NCBI GenBank assembly: GCA_965204725.1
Contig: OZ242005.1
Location: 4,448,001 to 4,512,000 of the forward strand
Direction: 5' to 3'
DNA: 64,000 bases
Source of the DNA: Candidatus Latescibacterota bacterium
GTDB lineage: Bacteria > Latescibacterota > UBA2968 > UBA8231
The position numbers were made by a program, and so were the translations under genes. This document shows positions 37,568 through 46,305 of the stretch, piece after piece. The first letter of the stretch is position 1; every line of letters begins with the position of its first letter. The notes below the pieces were generated by a model that worked only from the letters and a program-made list of their open reading frames with translations, was not told the DNA's origin and did no database searches.

Positions 37568-39160
37568 ATGAAACAATACCTGTTTTTTATCGCGTATCTC
37601 ACAATGGCTTGGCTCCTTTGCACAAGCCCGGTATCGGCGCAAATAGATGTGGATGTGGTCTCTGAAAGCATCGTGCGGGTGCGAGCTTATGACGATCACA
37701 AAGTCGCGGTTGAAGGGAGCGGTTTCGTCGTCGATGAAAAGGGGCACGTGCTGACGAATGCCCACCTCATCGCAAAGGCCGACGGCTTGACCGTATTGTC
37801 CCTGAAGACCGGGGCCGAACTCGTCGCACAACAGGTATTTGCCAGCCGCGCCACGAACTTGGCCCTGTTGCACGTACAGGGCTTGAACCTGCCGCCCCTC
37901 AGCTTGTCCGAGCAAGGAGCCGCTGTAGGCCGCGCTGTGCAAACGCTGCGGTTCGGCTCGGGCGGAAAGGTTCGGCTTTCTCACGGGACGATTGGCACCT
38001 ACCAAGACCTCCGCGACAAGAAAACAAGCCGTCCAATAGCGCACCTGTTACAACACAACGCCCTGATAACGGCCCAAGCCTTTGGCATGCCCTTGTTCAA
38101 CGAATGCGGCGATGTCGTCGCCATCAACCTGCCCGATCCGAGCAGCGGCTCGTGGCCGTTTCGCAAAGCAAAGCCGCAAGGAGCCATTTTTGCCCTGCGT
38201 AGCGGCGACATAATAGCCGCGCTCGAAGACCGAGAAGTCGCCCATACTGTAGTGGAAGCCGAATGCCTGAGTGCGGTTGAACGCGCTGAACGCGACAGAA
38301 AAGCGACCGCCGACAGCCTCCAAGCGGCCAAGGCGAAAGCCGATTCCGCAAGCCAAGCCGCGAAAAAGGCCAAGGCCCAAGAAAAGGCCGCTCGGCGGGC
38401 GGCAGAACGGGCCAAAGCGCGCGCCGATTCCGTAAAGAAAGCAGTGGCCGACAGCCTCCAAGCGGTCAAGGCCCACGCCGACAGCCTCAAGATGGCGAAA
38501 GCGCGCACCGACTCCGCGAGTAAGGCGACCGCCGACAGCCTCAAGACCGCGAAGGCCAAAGCCGACTCCGCGAGCAAGGCGACCGCCGACAGCCTCAAGG
38601 CCGCCCAAGCCCACGCCGATAGCCTCCAAGCGGTGGAAGCAAAGGCTGCGCAACAGTTGCAGTGGGTCCTCGTTGCGGGCGCGGGACTGGTGCTGCTCGC
38701 CCTGCTCGGTTGGTGGCTTTCCGCGCGGCGCAAACAGAAGCAATTACAGGAGGCCGAGGGCCGCGCGAGCGAAGCCGAACAAACGGCGGAAGCCGCGCAC
38801 CAAGCCGCGGCCAACGCCCCTCAACCCGCGCCTTTTAGATGTCTGTTGGAAGGCCAAGACCCCACGGGCCGACCATTCGCCTTGACCCTATCGGCCTTGG
38901 CCTTGAGCGAGCGGGCCGGCGTGACGCTCGGAAGAAGCCCGGCCAACGCCGAATTTATCATTGATCACGAAGAGGTCTCCCGCGAACACATCCGGCTCAG
39001 GTGTGATGACGGCGAACTCTACGCCGAGGATTTGAATGCCCTGAATGGCACCAAGGTAAACGGACGCCTGCTCAATCCCCGCCAACAAGTGCTATTGCAA
39101 AACAACGATCGGCTCGAAGTCGGACCCGTCGTTTTTACCGTGCGTTTGGTGCAGGAGTGA
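37568..39160 (+). CDS. Signal peptide - S1 trypsin-like pseudoprotease - helical repeat stalk - TM - FHA
   Basis: GSGFVV...LTNAH retained but NLALL (D>N) and AQAFGMP (no GxSG); ADSL repeats; TM; LGR...SREH...DLNALNGT FHA. Confidence 0.85.
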   Translation: MKQYLFFIAYLTMAWLLCTSPVSAQIDVDVVSESIVRVRAYDDHKVAVEGSGFVVDEKGHVLTNAHLIAKADGLTVLSLKTGAELVAQQVFASRATNLALLHVQGLNLPPLSLSEQGAAVGRAVQTLRFGSGGKVRLSHGTIGTYQDLRDKKTSRPIAHLLQHNALITAQAFGMPLFNECGDVVAINLPDPSSGSWPFRKAKPQGAIFALRSGDIIAALEDREVAHTVVEAECLSAVERAERDRKATADSLQAAKAKADSASQAAKKAKAQEKAARRAAERAKARADSVKKAVADSLQAVKAHADSLKMAKARTDSASKATADSLKTAKAKADSASKATADSLKAAQAHADSLQAVEAKAAQQLQWVLVAGAGLVLLALLGWWLSARRKQKQLQEAEGRASEAEQTAEAAHQAAANAPQPAPFRCLLEGQDPTGRPFALTLSALALSERAGVTLGRSPANAEFIIDHEEVSREHIRLRCDDGELYAEDLNALNGTKVNGRLLNPRQQVLLQNNDRLEVGPVVFTVRLVQE

Positions 39161-39163
39161 ACG

Positions 39164-40516
39164 TTGCACCGATTCAGACGCTGGCGTCTAGTCTTTTTTC
39201 TCTTCTTGCTGCTACAGCCGCGCCATGCCGTGGCCGCACCCGACTTTGACGCGCTCGAAAAGAGCGTGGTCCGCATTGTCCGGCAGACCGACCGAGGACT
39301 TAGTGCTGGCACGGGATTCGCCATAAACGACCAAGGCCATATTGCGACCAACGTCCACGTCATCGCCGACGCCCACGCAATCCAAGCCATCCCAACCAAC
39401 GCCAACGCGCTATACGACGTGGAGGTAATCGCCACATCCCCAGAACTCGACCTCGCAATCGCCTATACCCCCGACCTAGCCCTGCCGCCAATCGCGCTGT
39501 CGCTCGCCCCCGCCACAAAAGGGCAAAAGGTATGGGCCATAGGCTATCCCGGGGGGGCCGACCGCAACAAACTGGCGCACGACCCGACCGTGCAAGACGG
39601 CATCATCGGGCGGATTTTTTTAGGCGCGTGGCACACCCAACAACTCAGGATTATCCAGCACAATGCGCCGACCAACCCGGGCAACAGCGGCGGCCCCCTA
39701 TTGGACGATTGTAGCCGGGCGGTCGGCGTCAATACGCAGGCGTCGCTCGTGGTCATTAGCAGCCCGTCGAGCGGGGTGACGCGCGTGCCCCATGCCGCGG
39801 GCATTTACTGGTCTTCGCATATCGAGGAGTTGGCAACTCTGTTGGACGACCACAACATTGCCTTCCAACCGGAGCATGACGATTGTGTGGCGGCTGGGGG
39901 CACAGGAGGTTCGGGCAGTTCGGGTAGTTCGGGCGCGGCGGAAAAGGCGCGGCGAGAAGCAGAGAAGGCGCGGCGCGAGGCCGAACAAGCGCGAGCGCAA
40001 GCCGAACAAGCAAGCGATCAGTTTCTCGTCTGGCTGCTATTGTTGAGTGGGGTCGCCTTGGTCGCCTTGGTCGTTGCCTTAAAGAAGCCGCGCCAAATCG
40101 CCCAACAGACCTTGGAAAAGCCGCGCCAGATCGTCCAACACATCAGTCGGCGCGTGACCAAAAGGGAAGGGGCTGTTGCAAAACGTCCCCATCACGGCAT
40201 CGTGCTGGCTGGTTTTGACGGGCGCGGCAACCGCGTCTGCATTGAGCTATCACCCGCCCGATTTGCCGGTCAACGCTTGGGGCTTTCGCTTGGTCGGCAT
40301 CCCGAGTTGGTTGATGAAGTCGTAGCGGATGAAAACGTATCCCGGCGGCATCTGCGAATTGTAGCCGCGGGCGATCAATTTTACGTCGAAGATTTGAACT
40401 CCAGCAATGGGACGTTTCTGAACGAGCAACGTCTAGTCCCCTTTAAGCCGACGCGGTTGAACTACGGGGCCAACGTCGCGTTGGGCGATTTGGTCCTCAT
40501 GGCGTCCAAACTTTAG
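39164..40516 (+). CDS. Signal peptide - S1 trypsin-like serine protease - coiled coil - TM - FHA
   Basis: GTGF, TNVH, DLA, GYP, NPGNSGGPL triad; TM; LGR...SRRH...DLNSSNGT. Confidence 0.9.
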   Translation: MHRFRRWRLVFFLFLLLQPRHAVAAPDFDALEKSVVRIVRQTDRGLSAGTGFAINDQGHIATNVHVIADAHAIQAIPTNANALYDVEVIATSPELDLAIAYTPDLALPPIALSLAPATKGQKVWAIGYPGGADRNKLAHDPTVQDGIIGRIFLGAWHTQQLRIIQHNAPTNPGNSGGPLLDDCSRAVGVNTQASLVVISSPSSGVTRVPHAAGIYWSSHIEELATLLDDHNIAFQPEHDDCVAAGGTGGSGSSGSSGAAEKARREAEKARREAEQARAQAEQASDQFLVWLLLLSGVALVALVVALKKPRQIAQQTLEKPRQIVQHISRRVTKREGAVAKRPHHGIVLAGFDGRGNRVCIELSPARFAGQRLGLSLGRHPELVDEVVADENVSRRHLRIVAAGDQFYVEDLNSSNGTFLNEQRLVPFKPTRLNYGANVALGDLVLMASKL

Positions 40517-40524
40517 ATGGGGTC

Positions 40525-41418
40525 TTGGGTGTGAAAAAACGCAGCCGCGAGCTCAACATCTTTAGCATGTCCGCGCTCGACCTGTTCGCATCGGCTCTCG
40601 GCGCCTTCATCCTCATTACCATCGTGCTGCTGCCCTTTTTTCCGAATCTAAGCCTATCGGGACAAGAAAAGGCCGAACTAGAGCAGGCCCAAGCCGAGTT
40701 GGCGCAGGCTCAGGCCGAGCTAGAAAAAGAGAAATCCAAGCAGGCCAAGCTGGCGAGAGAGAAGGCCAGACTAGAGCGAGAAAAAGCCAAGCTGGAGCAG
40801 GCCAAGGCCAAAGCTCCGAAAACAAAAAGTCAGCTCGAAAAACGGGTGGAGGCTTTGCAACAGGAGATCGACGACACCACCGTTTTATTGGGCATTAAGA
40901 CGAAGGCGAAAAAGTTCGCATTCGTCATAGACATGTCGGGCAGTATTTACCAGCCTGGGCAGAACGATTATCGCCCGTTCATAACCTTGTCCATCCAAGA
41001 CATGCTCGCGGCCTTTAAGTCGGAAATAGAGGTCTGTCTCATTGGGTTTCAAGGCTCGAATCCGTTGCGCTATTGGCCGCAAAACAGAGGGTACTTTCAA
41101 GTAAACAAGAATACGCGCAATCGCGTCGTCGAACAGGTAGAACGCTGGATGAGATTGGTGAACGGCGGCACGCCCACACGCGCCGCTTTGCTAGCGGCGA
41201 TTGCATTGCACCCCGAAGAGATCATCCTGTTGAGCGATGGTGCCCCCTCAGAGGATTGGGACATGGTCGTGCGGGCTGTAACCGCGGCGAATAGTCGGAG
41301 AATACCCATCCACGCCGTAGCCGTCGGCCATTACACGGCGGACCGGAACTTTATTGACTTTCTGGTGCAGCTAACTAAGCGGAACAAGGGGTCTGTCGTG
41401 GGAGCTAAACCGGGTTGA
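40525..41418 (+). CDS. Membrane protein with ExbD/MotB-like Asp-containing TM, coiled coil and vWA domain
   Basis: MSALDLFASALGAFILI TM; KAKLE coiled coil; MIDAS DMSGS, GGT, LSDG. Confidence 0.85.
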   Translation: MGVKKRSRELNIFSMSALDLFASALGAFILITIVLLPFFPNLSLSGQEKAELEQAQAELAQAQAELEKEKSKQAKLAREKARLEREKAKLEQAKAKAPKTKSQLEKRVEALQQEIDDTTVLLGIKTKAKKFAFVIDMSGSIYQPGQNDYRPFITLSIQDMLAAFKSEIEVCLIGFQGSNPLRYWPQNRGYFQVNKNTRNRVVEQVERWMRLVNGGTPTRAALLAAIALHPEEIILLSDGAPSEDWDMVVRAVTAANSRRIPIHAVAVGHYTADRNFIDFLVQLTKRNKGSVVGAKPG

Positions 41419-41447
41419 TATAGCAAGCAATTCTACATCATTCAGGA

Positions 41448-41501
41448 CTGGATTCCCGCCCCGTGTCGGGGCACGGGGTGACGTTCTTTCGCGGGAATGA
41501 C
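41448..41501 (-). repeat. Composite REP-like palindrome inside the signalling operon
   Basis: ctggattcccgccccgtgtcggggcacggggtgacgttctttcgcgggaatgac. Confidence 0.88.
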
Positions 41502-41521
41502 GCCTCATAAACAAAAAGACG

Positions 41522-41905
41522 GTGCCGATGAACATTATGAACAAATCGAGTTTTTCCGTGTATCGAATCGGGCGCGGCTCGGGTGTGGACATTCGGCTGG
41601 ACGATGATTCGGTCTCGCGCGTCCACGCCGAGCTTATTGCGACGCAAAGCGGCTCGTACTATCTCACGGATTGCGCCAGCAGCCGGGGGAGTTACGTGGC
41701 GCGCAACGGCGAGTGGTGCCGCATCCGGCAGGAATTCATAAGCCCGACCGACGCGCTTTTACTCGGTCACTATCAGACGACCGCCCCTGCACTCGTCGCA
41801 CTGGCGGCGCAAAAGGTACGCCGTTCAGGAGGCGGGGCATCCCTGCCCGAAGGGCTGGTGCGGCGCAACGCAGAAACGGGCGAGATCATGGGCGAGGAGA
41901 ACTGA
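41522..41905 (+). CDS. Stand-alone FHA domain protein
   Basis: IGR...DI...DDSVSRVHAEL...D..S.RGS; start uncertain by a few codons. Confidence 0.85.
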   Translation: MPMNIMNKSSFSVYRIGRGSGVDIRLDDDSVSRVHAELIATQSGSYYLTDCASSRGSYVARNGEWCRIRQEFISPTDALLLGHYQTTAPALVALAAQKVRRSGGGASLPEGLVRRNAETGEIMGEEN

Positions 41906-41906
41906 C

Positions 41907-42692
41907 ATGGCAACAGGGCAAGGGGCCGAGCTGGAGCAACGCCTCAAAGCAAGCGGCGTCAGCCTCATTGGAGGCGTCGTATCCATCGCGATTATGAGCC
42001 TTATTTTCGCGCATCCCGATTCGGCGGCGGGCGCGTTCCTGCTCGACCGCCACACTGAGAATTTTCCCTACCCGTTTACGATCCAAAACGTCATGTGGCT
42101 CATGTTTTGGATTGGCTGCGGCGAACTCTGGGTGCGGTTTAACCAAGCCAAGCTGGAAATGGAGCAGATGTCGAAACGCTATCTGCCGGAAGACGATGAG
42201 GTCATGTTGCGGGCGCGAGATTTGGGGGCCTTTTATCAAAAGGTGCGGCCGAGGGCCGAGGAGCGTCCCTCCTTCTTACAACGTCTGATCGCGCGCTGCA
42301 TCTTGCAATTTCAGGGGAGCCGCTCGGTCAATCAGGCCAACTCGCTGCTGAATTCTTCCCTCGAATTATTCCAACACGAGCTCGAACTCAAATACGCGAT
42401 GTTGCGCTATCTCGTCTGGCTGATACCCACGTTGGGGTTTATTGGCACGGTGGTCGGCATTGCGTTTGCGCTGGATTATGCGGCCAACGTTGACGATCCC
42501 CAAGACCCGACCTTGCTGGCCGAGATCACGGGTCGGCTGGGCGTTGCGTTTTACACTACTTTGCTCGCGTTGGTTCAGTCGGCCCTCTTGGTGTTTGCGC
42601 TGCACATTGCCCAAGGCCGCGAAGAGATGGCCTTGAACCAATCCGGCCAATACTGTTTGGACAACCTAATCAACCGGCTTTACGAAAAGTAA
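41907..42692 (+). CDS. MotA/TolQ/ExbB proton channel family protein
   Basis: IPTLGFIGTVVGI and LGVAFYTTLLAL signature TMs plus N-terminal TMs. Confidence 0.9.
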   Translation: MATGQGAELEQRLKASGVSLIGGVVSIAIMSLIFAHPDSAAGAFLLDRHTENFPYPFTIQNVMWLMFWIGCGELWVRFNQAKLEMEQMSKRYLPEDDEVMLRARDLGAFYQKVRPRAEERPSFLQRLIARCILQFQGSRSVNQANSLLNSSLELFQHELELKYAMLRYLVWLIPTLGFIGTVVGIAFALDYAANVDDPQDPTLLAEITGRLGVAFYTTLLALVQSALLVFALHIAQGREEMALNQSGQYCLDNLINRLYEK

Positions 42693-42722
42693 GTGGCCGG
42701 ATAACCCCAATAGGAGGGCACT

Positions 42723-43418
42723 ATGCCTGTTTATCGCGGACCCGATGGCAAAATCATTGAAGAGAAAACCGATGCACGGAAAGAGGATACCAAACCAACA
42801 GACGTGGCCAATAGGCCGCTGCCGCCGGCCCCACAGGGCGGCGAGCAACCCGCTGGCGGCGGGCGTTTAGACGCGCCTACGCAGCGGATGGGTGAACGCC
42901 CGGCGCCAGCCGATGTCGGCGAAGAGGAAAGGGGCGAGAGCCAAGCGCCGGCCCGTGTCGGCGAGGAGGAAAGGACGCGCTTGGTGGGCGGGCGACCGCG
43001 GCGCGAAGACGAGGAGCGGCGGCAGGAGCGCGCCGTAGCGGATCGCGGCATGGACGATCCGGTTGTGGGGTGGTTGGTGGTGGTCGAGGGGCCGGGCAAG
43101 GGGCGGGCCGTGCCGCTAGGCTATGGGTCCAATTCGATTGGGCGCGGGGCCACCGACCGCATCAAGCTCGATTTTGGCGACGAGCAGATTTCGCGTAGCG
43201 GCCATGCCGTTGTCACGTATGACCCGCGCGGCCGGCAGTATTACGTGCAGCACGGCGGCGGCACCAACCTGACGTATCTCGGGGATCAGCCCGTGCTCGC
43301 TCCGACTGGGTTGCCGGCGCTGAGCCACATTAGCATCGGCCATACGGTGCTCCGGTTCGTGCCCCTGTGCGGTGCGGAGTTCGACTGGCAGGATACCGAA
43401 GGAAACGAGGCGCGATGA
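42723..43418 (+). CDS. FHA domain protein with disordered Thr-containing N-terminus
   Basis: PVVGWLVVVEGPGKG...IGR...ISRSGHA...N.TY; N-terminal EKT, EDT, APT, ERT potential phosphosites. Confidence 0.88.
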   Translation: MPVYRGPDGKIIEEKTDARKEDTKPTDVANRPLPPAPQGGEQPAGGGRLDAPTQRMGERPAPADVGEEERGESQAPARVGEEERTRLVGGRPRREDEERRQERAVADRGMDDPVVGWLVVVEGPGKGRAVPLGYGSNSIGRGATDRIKLDFGDEQISRSGHAVVTYDPRGRQYYVQHGGGTNLTYLGDQPVLAPTGLPALSHISIGHTVLRFVPLCGAEFDWQDTEGNEAR

Positions 43419-44503
43419 ACGAATTAGACGGGCGTTTTGCCGCGCGGCAAATTCCCGGCCAACGGGATTATCAAGAGGATGATTACGGCCTGTTGGATGG
43501 CCGCGACCTCGGCTTGGATGGCCGCGAGCACTCCATGTTGTTGGTCGCTGACGGCATGGGCGGTCACGTGGGCGGCGCAACGGCCAGCGGCCTTTTGAGC
43601 AAGACCTTTGTCGAGGCGTATTCGCAGGCGACCGGCCCCATTGTCGATCGGCTCCGCACCTGCCTCGACGAGGCCAATGCCGCTCTGGCCTCCGCCATTG
43701 CCGAAAACCCCGAACTCGATAGCATGGGTTCGACTTTGGTCGCGGCGGTGGTTTCCGGCGAAGGGCTGAACTGGATCAGCGTGGGCGACTCGCCGTTGTG
43801 GTTGTTCCGCGGGGAGCAACTGGAGCGTCTGAATGCAGACCATTCTATGGCACCCGTTCTGGCCGACTTGGTGGCAACCGGGCGCATGACCGCTGAGGAA
43901 GCGGCTCAGGACTCAAGCCGACATTCGCTGCGGTCGGCGGTCATGGGCGACGACATCGCTATGATTGACGTGTCGTCGCAGCCGGTGACCGTGCAGCCGG
44001 GCGACCGGGTGCTCTTGGCGAGCGATGGGTTGATGACCCTCAGCGATCAAGAGATTTCGGCTATTCTCGTGCAAACGCAGGACGCGCCTTTGGAGGATAG
44101 CGTCGCAGCCCTTATCCAAGCGGTGGAAGCGGCCGACCATCCCCATCAGGACAACACGACCGTCCTGTTGTACGAACCGGCCGAGGGCACGGACACGGAG
44201 TTGGGCGCGGCGGCTCAGGGCGCGGGGGAAGCGGTGCAGGATAAGCCGCGTTCCAAACGCTGGGGCAGGGTCGGGCTGTTGGGGGTGTTGCTCTGCGTTG
44301 TCGTCGCATTGGGGGCGATGATTTATTGGTTTGAACAGCAGGGCGAATCGGTGCCTGTTGAGATGCAGGCCGCCCCGGCTGTTGAACCCGCTGAAGAGGC
44401 TGCACCGGCTTCTCAGGAGGAGGCGACAGAGGACAGCGAGAAAGCCGTGCTTGACGAGCCGCAAACAGAGAAAGAAGAACGCGTTGGGGCGGAGGAGGAG
44501 TAA
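43415..44503 (+). CDS. PP2C-family Ser/Thr phosphatase with C-terminal TM and acidic tail
   Basis: R..QED, VADGMGGH, MGST, VGDS, DHS, SDGL, DNTT; ATGA overlap with the FHA gene. Confidence 0.95.
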   Translation: MNELDGRFAARQIPGQRDYQEDDYGLLDGRDLGLDGREHSMLLVADGMGGHVGGATASGLLSKTFVEAYSQATGPIVDRLRTCLDEANAALASAIAENPELDSMGSTLVAAVVSGEGLNWISVGDSPLWLFRGEQLERLNADHSMAPVLADLVATGRMTAEEAAQDSSRHSLRSAVMGDDIAMIDVSSQPVTVQPGDRVLLASDGLMTLSDQEISAILVQTQDAPLEDSVAALIQAVEAADHPHQDNTTVLLYEPAEGTDTELGAAAQGAGEAVQDKPRSKRWGRVGLLGVLLCVVVALGAMIYWFEQQGESVPVEMQAAPAVEPAEEAAPASQEEATEDSEKAVLDEPQTEKEERVGAEEE

Positions 44504-44599
44504 TGGGTTGCCCCAAGGACCGGCGATGTCCTTTGTCTTGGTACGCCAATCGGATATATTTCTCCCGCTTACAGCCTCCTCCTCAGACGAAAGGCACGG

Positions 44600-44695
44600 A
44601 TGGCTGAATTTGATAGCGTTTCCAAGTTGCTTTTGAGCACCCATCCGCAAGGCTTTTTGGCCTTTCTACTCAAGAATAGGAAAAATTATGAGTGA
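44600..44695 (+). pseudogene. Rpn N-terminal remnant
   Basis: MAEFDSVSKLLLSTHPQGFLAFLL aligns with MAEFDTIAKHLIHTYPADFARFAL; overlaps the kinase 2 start. Confidence 0.65.
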
Positions 44696-46286
44696 GACAC
44701 AGCAGCATCGCTTGGCCCTGCCGCAGGGGACGCGCATTCGGGATTTTGAGTTTCATCGCGTCCTCGGCCACGGCGGCTTTGGTATTACCTATCTGGGATG
44801 GAACCTATCCTTGGATATTCCGGTGGCGATCAAGGAGTATCTGCCGGCCGACTTAGCTACCCGCGAACAAGACCTATCTGTCGTCCCGCAGACGTCGCAA
44901 GCGGCGGCCGATTTCCAATGGGGCTTGGAGCGGTTCGTGGACGAGGCCCGCACACTGGCGCGGTTCCAACATCCCAACATCGTCCGCGTCCATCAATACT
45001 TTGAAGCGCATAGTACGGCGTATATCGTGATGGACTATGTCGAGGGCGAGACCTTATCGGCGCATCTTGAACGCAAGGGGACGCTGAGCGAAGCGGAGCT
45101 TACGGGCATTCTGTATCCGCTGCTGAATGCCTTGGAGGTGGTGCATGGGGCGGACTTTCTGCATCGGGACATCAAGCCGGGCAACATCGTCCTGCGCGAT
45201 TCGGATAGTTCGCCGGTGTTGCTGGACTTTGGCGCGGCGCGTCAGGCTGTCGGGGCGAAGAGCCGGTCGGTAACGTCTATCGTGACGCCGGGGTATGCGC
45301 CGCTGGAGCAGTATTCAAGCCGGGTGCTTCAAGGGCCTTGGACGGACCTTTATGCGTTGGGGTGTGTGTGTTATCGGGCGTTGACTGGTCAGATTCCGGC
45401 AGATGCGACCGATAGGATGCGGGATGATCCGCTCGTTCCGGTTTCTCAGCGGTGTGCAGGTAGTGTGAGTGGTGCGCTTTTGTCGGCGATAGATTGGGCG
45501 TTGTCGGTGGATGAGCGGGCTCGTCCGCAGAGTGTGGGGACATGGCGGGCGGCGATGGAGGGGACGGCAGCGGCAGGGCAGCAAGCGCACCGCCGAGACG
45601 AGGAGAGGCACGGTACGGGAGACGAAATCGCTGATGCGCCGGTTGCTGCTCAGGCTGCCTCCAGAGTTAAAGACGCGAAGCGGTTAAACAGGTGGTTTAA
45701 GCTCCACTACATTTGCCTTGCTGCCGTCATACCACCGACTGCATTGTTTGCTGTCATCGCTGGGTTTTTAGAGTCGCAGGGGTTGAAGCCGGATGTCACA
45801 TTCGGACTACTTGGCATCATAGTCGCTATCGTTGATGTCGTGTTTTTGGTACTTACTATCGTGTTCGGTTTACGCATCCTACATAAGTTGTGGTCACTCA
45901 TCCCCACTCACAAAGCAAGGACGACACCGGGGAAAGCAATCGGATTTCTCTTCATACCGCTATTTAACCTCTACTGGAACTTCGTTGCAATTTACGGTCT
46001 CGCCAAAGCTCTCAATACCGAAACGGGTCGAAGATCCGTCAGTGAGGTAACCAGTTTTATTTATTGCTGCTCATTTTGGGTGTATCTGGTGGATCTTTTA
46101 TGGGCAATAACGAAAGAGAGTAAGAGGATGGGGGTGGGAGAATTTTTATGGGCGATAGTGGCAGGGCGAGAGGATCAGGCTTGGATAGTCTATATTGGAT
46201 ATATTGTCGGGTTTGTGCTCTGGTTCGTCATGCTAAGGCAAATGAAGAACGCTGGCAGACTCATCTTACAAGGGGACAAGGCGTAG
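44688..46286 (+). CDS. Hanks-type Ser/Thr kinase 2 with multi-TM C-terminal domain (DUF4328-like)
   Basis: Complete kinase motifs; TPGKAIGFLFIPLFNLYW motif; C-terminal third visibly more AT-rich. Confidence 0.93.
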   Translation: MSETQQHRLALPQGTRIRDFEFHRVLGHGGFGITYLGWNLSLDIPVAIKEYLPADLATREQDLSVVPQTSQAAADFQWGLERFVDEARTLARFQHPNIVRVHQYFEAHSTAYIVMDYVEGETLSAHLERKGTLSEAELTGILYPLLNALEVVHGADFLHRDIKPGNIVLRDSDSSPVLLDFGAARQAVGAKSRSVTSIVTPGYAPLEQYSSRVLQGPWTDLYALGCVCYRALTGQIPADATDRMRDDPLVPVSQRCAGSVSGALLSAIDWALSVDERARPQSVGTWRAAMEGTAAAGQQAHRRDEERHGTGDEIADAPVAAQAASRVKDAKRLNRWFKLHYICLAAVIPPTALFAVIAGFLESQGLKPDVTFGLLGIIVAIVDVVFLVLTIVFGLRILHKLWSLIPTHKARTTPGKAIGFLFIPLFNLYWNFVAIYGLAKALNTETGRRSVSEVTSFIYCCSFWVYLVDLLWAITKESKRMGVGEFLWAIVAGREDQAWIVYIGYIVGFVLWFVMLRQMKNAGRLILQGDKA

Positions 46287-46305
46287 AAATCACATTGGAG
46301 ATGCT

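Noticed and set aside
40525-42692. Zorya (ZorAB) or flagellar MotAB/ExbBD-TonB call
   Set aside because: The MotA-like protein lacks the long ZorA tail, the partner has vWA rather than an OmpA-like/ExbD domain, and no zorC/D/E, tonB or flagellar genes are adjacent.
36117-46286. Type VI secretion regulatory cluster
   Set aside because: Kinase/PP2C/FHA are present but no tss structural genes (TssB/C, Hcp, VgrG, TssL/M) occur in the window.
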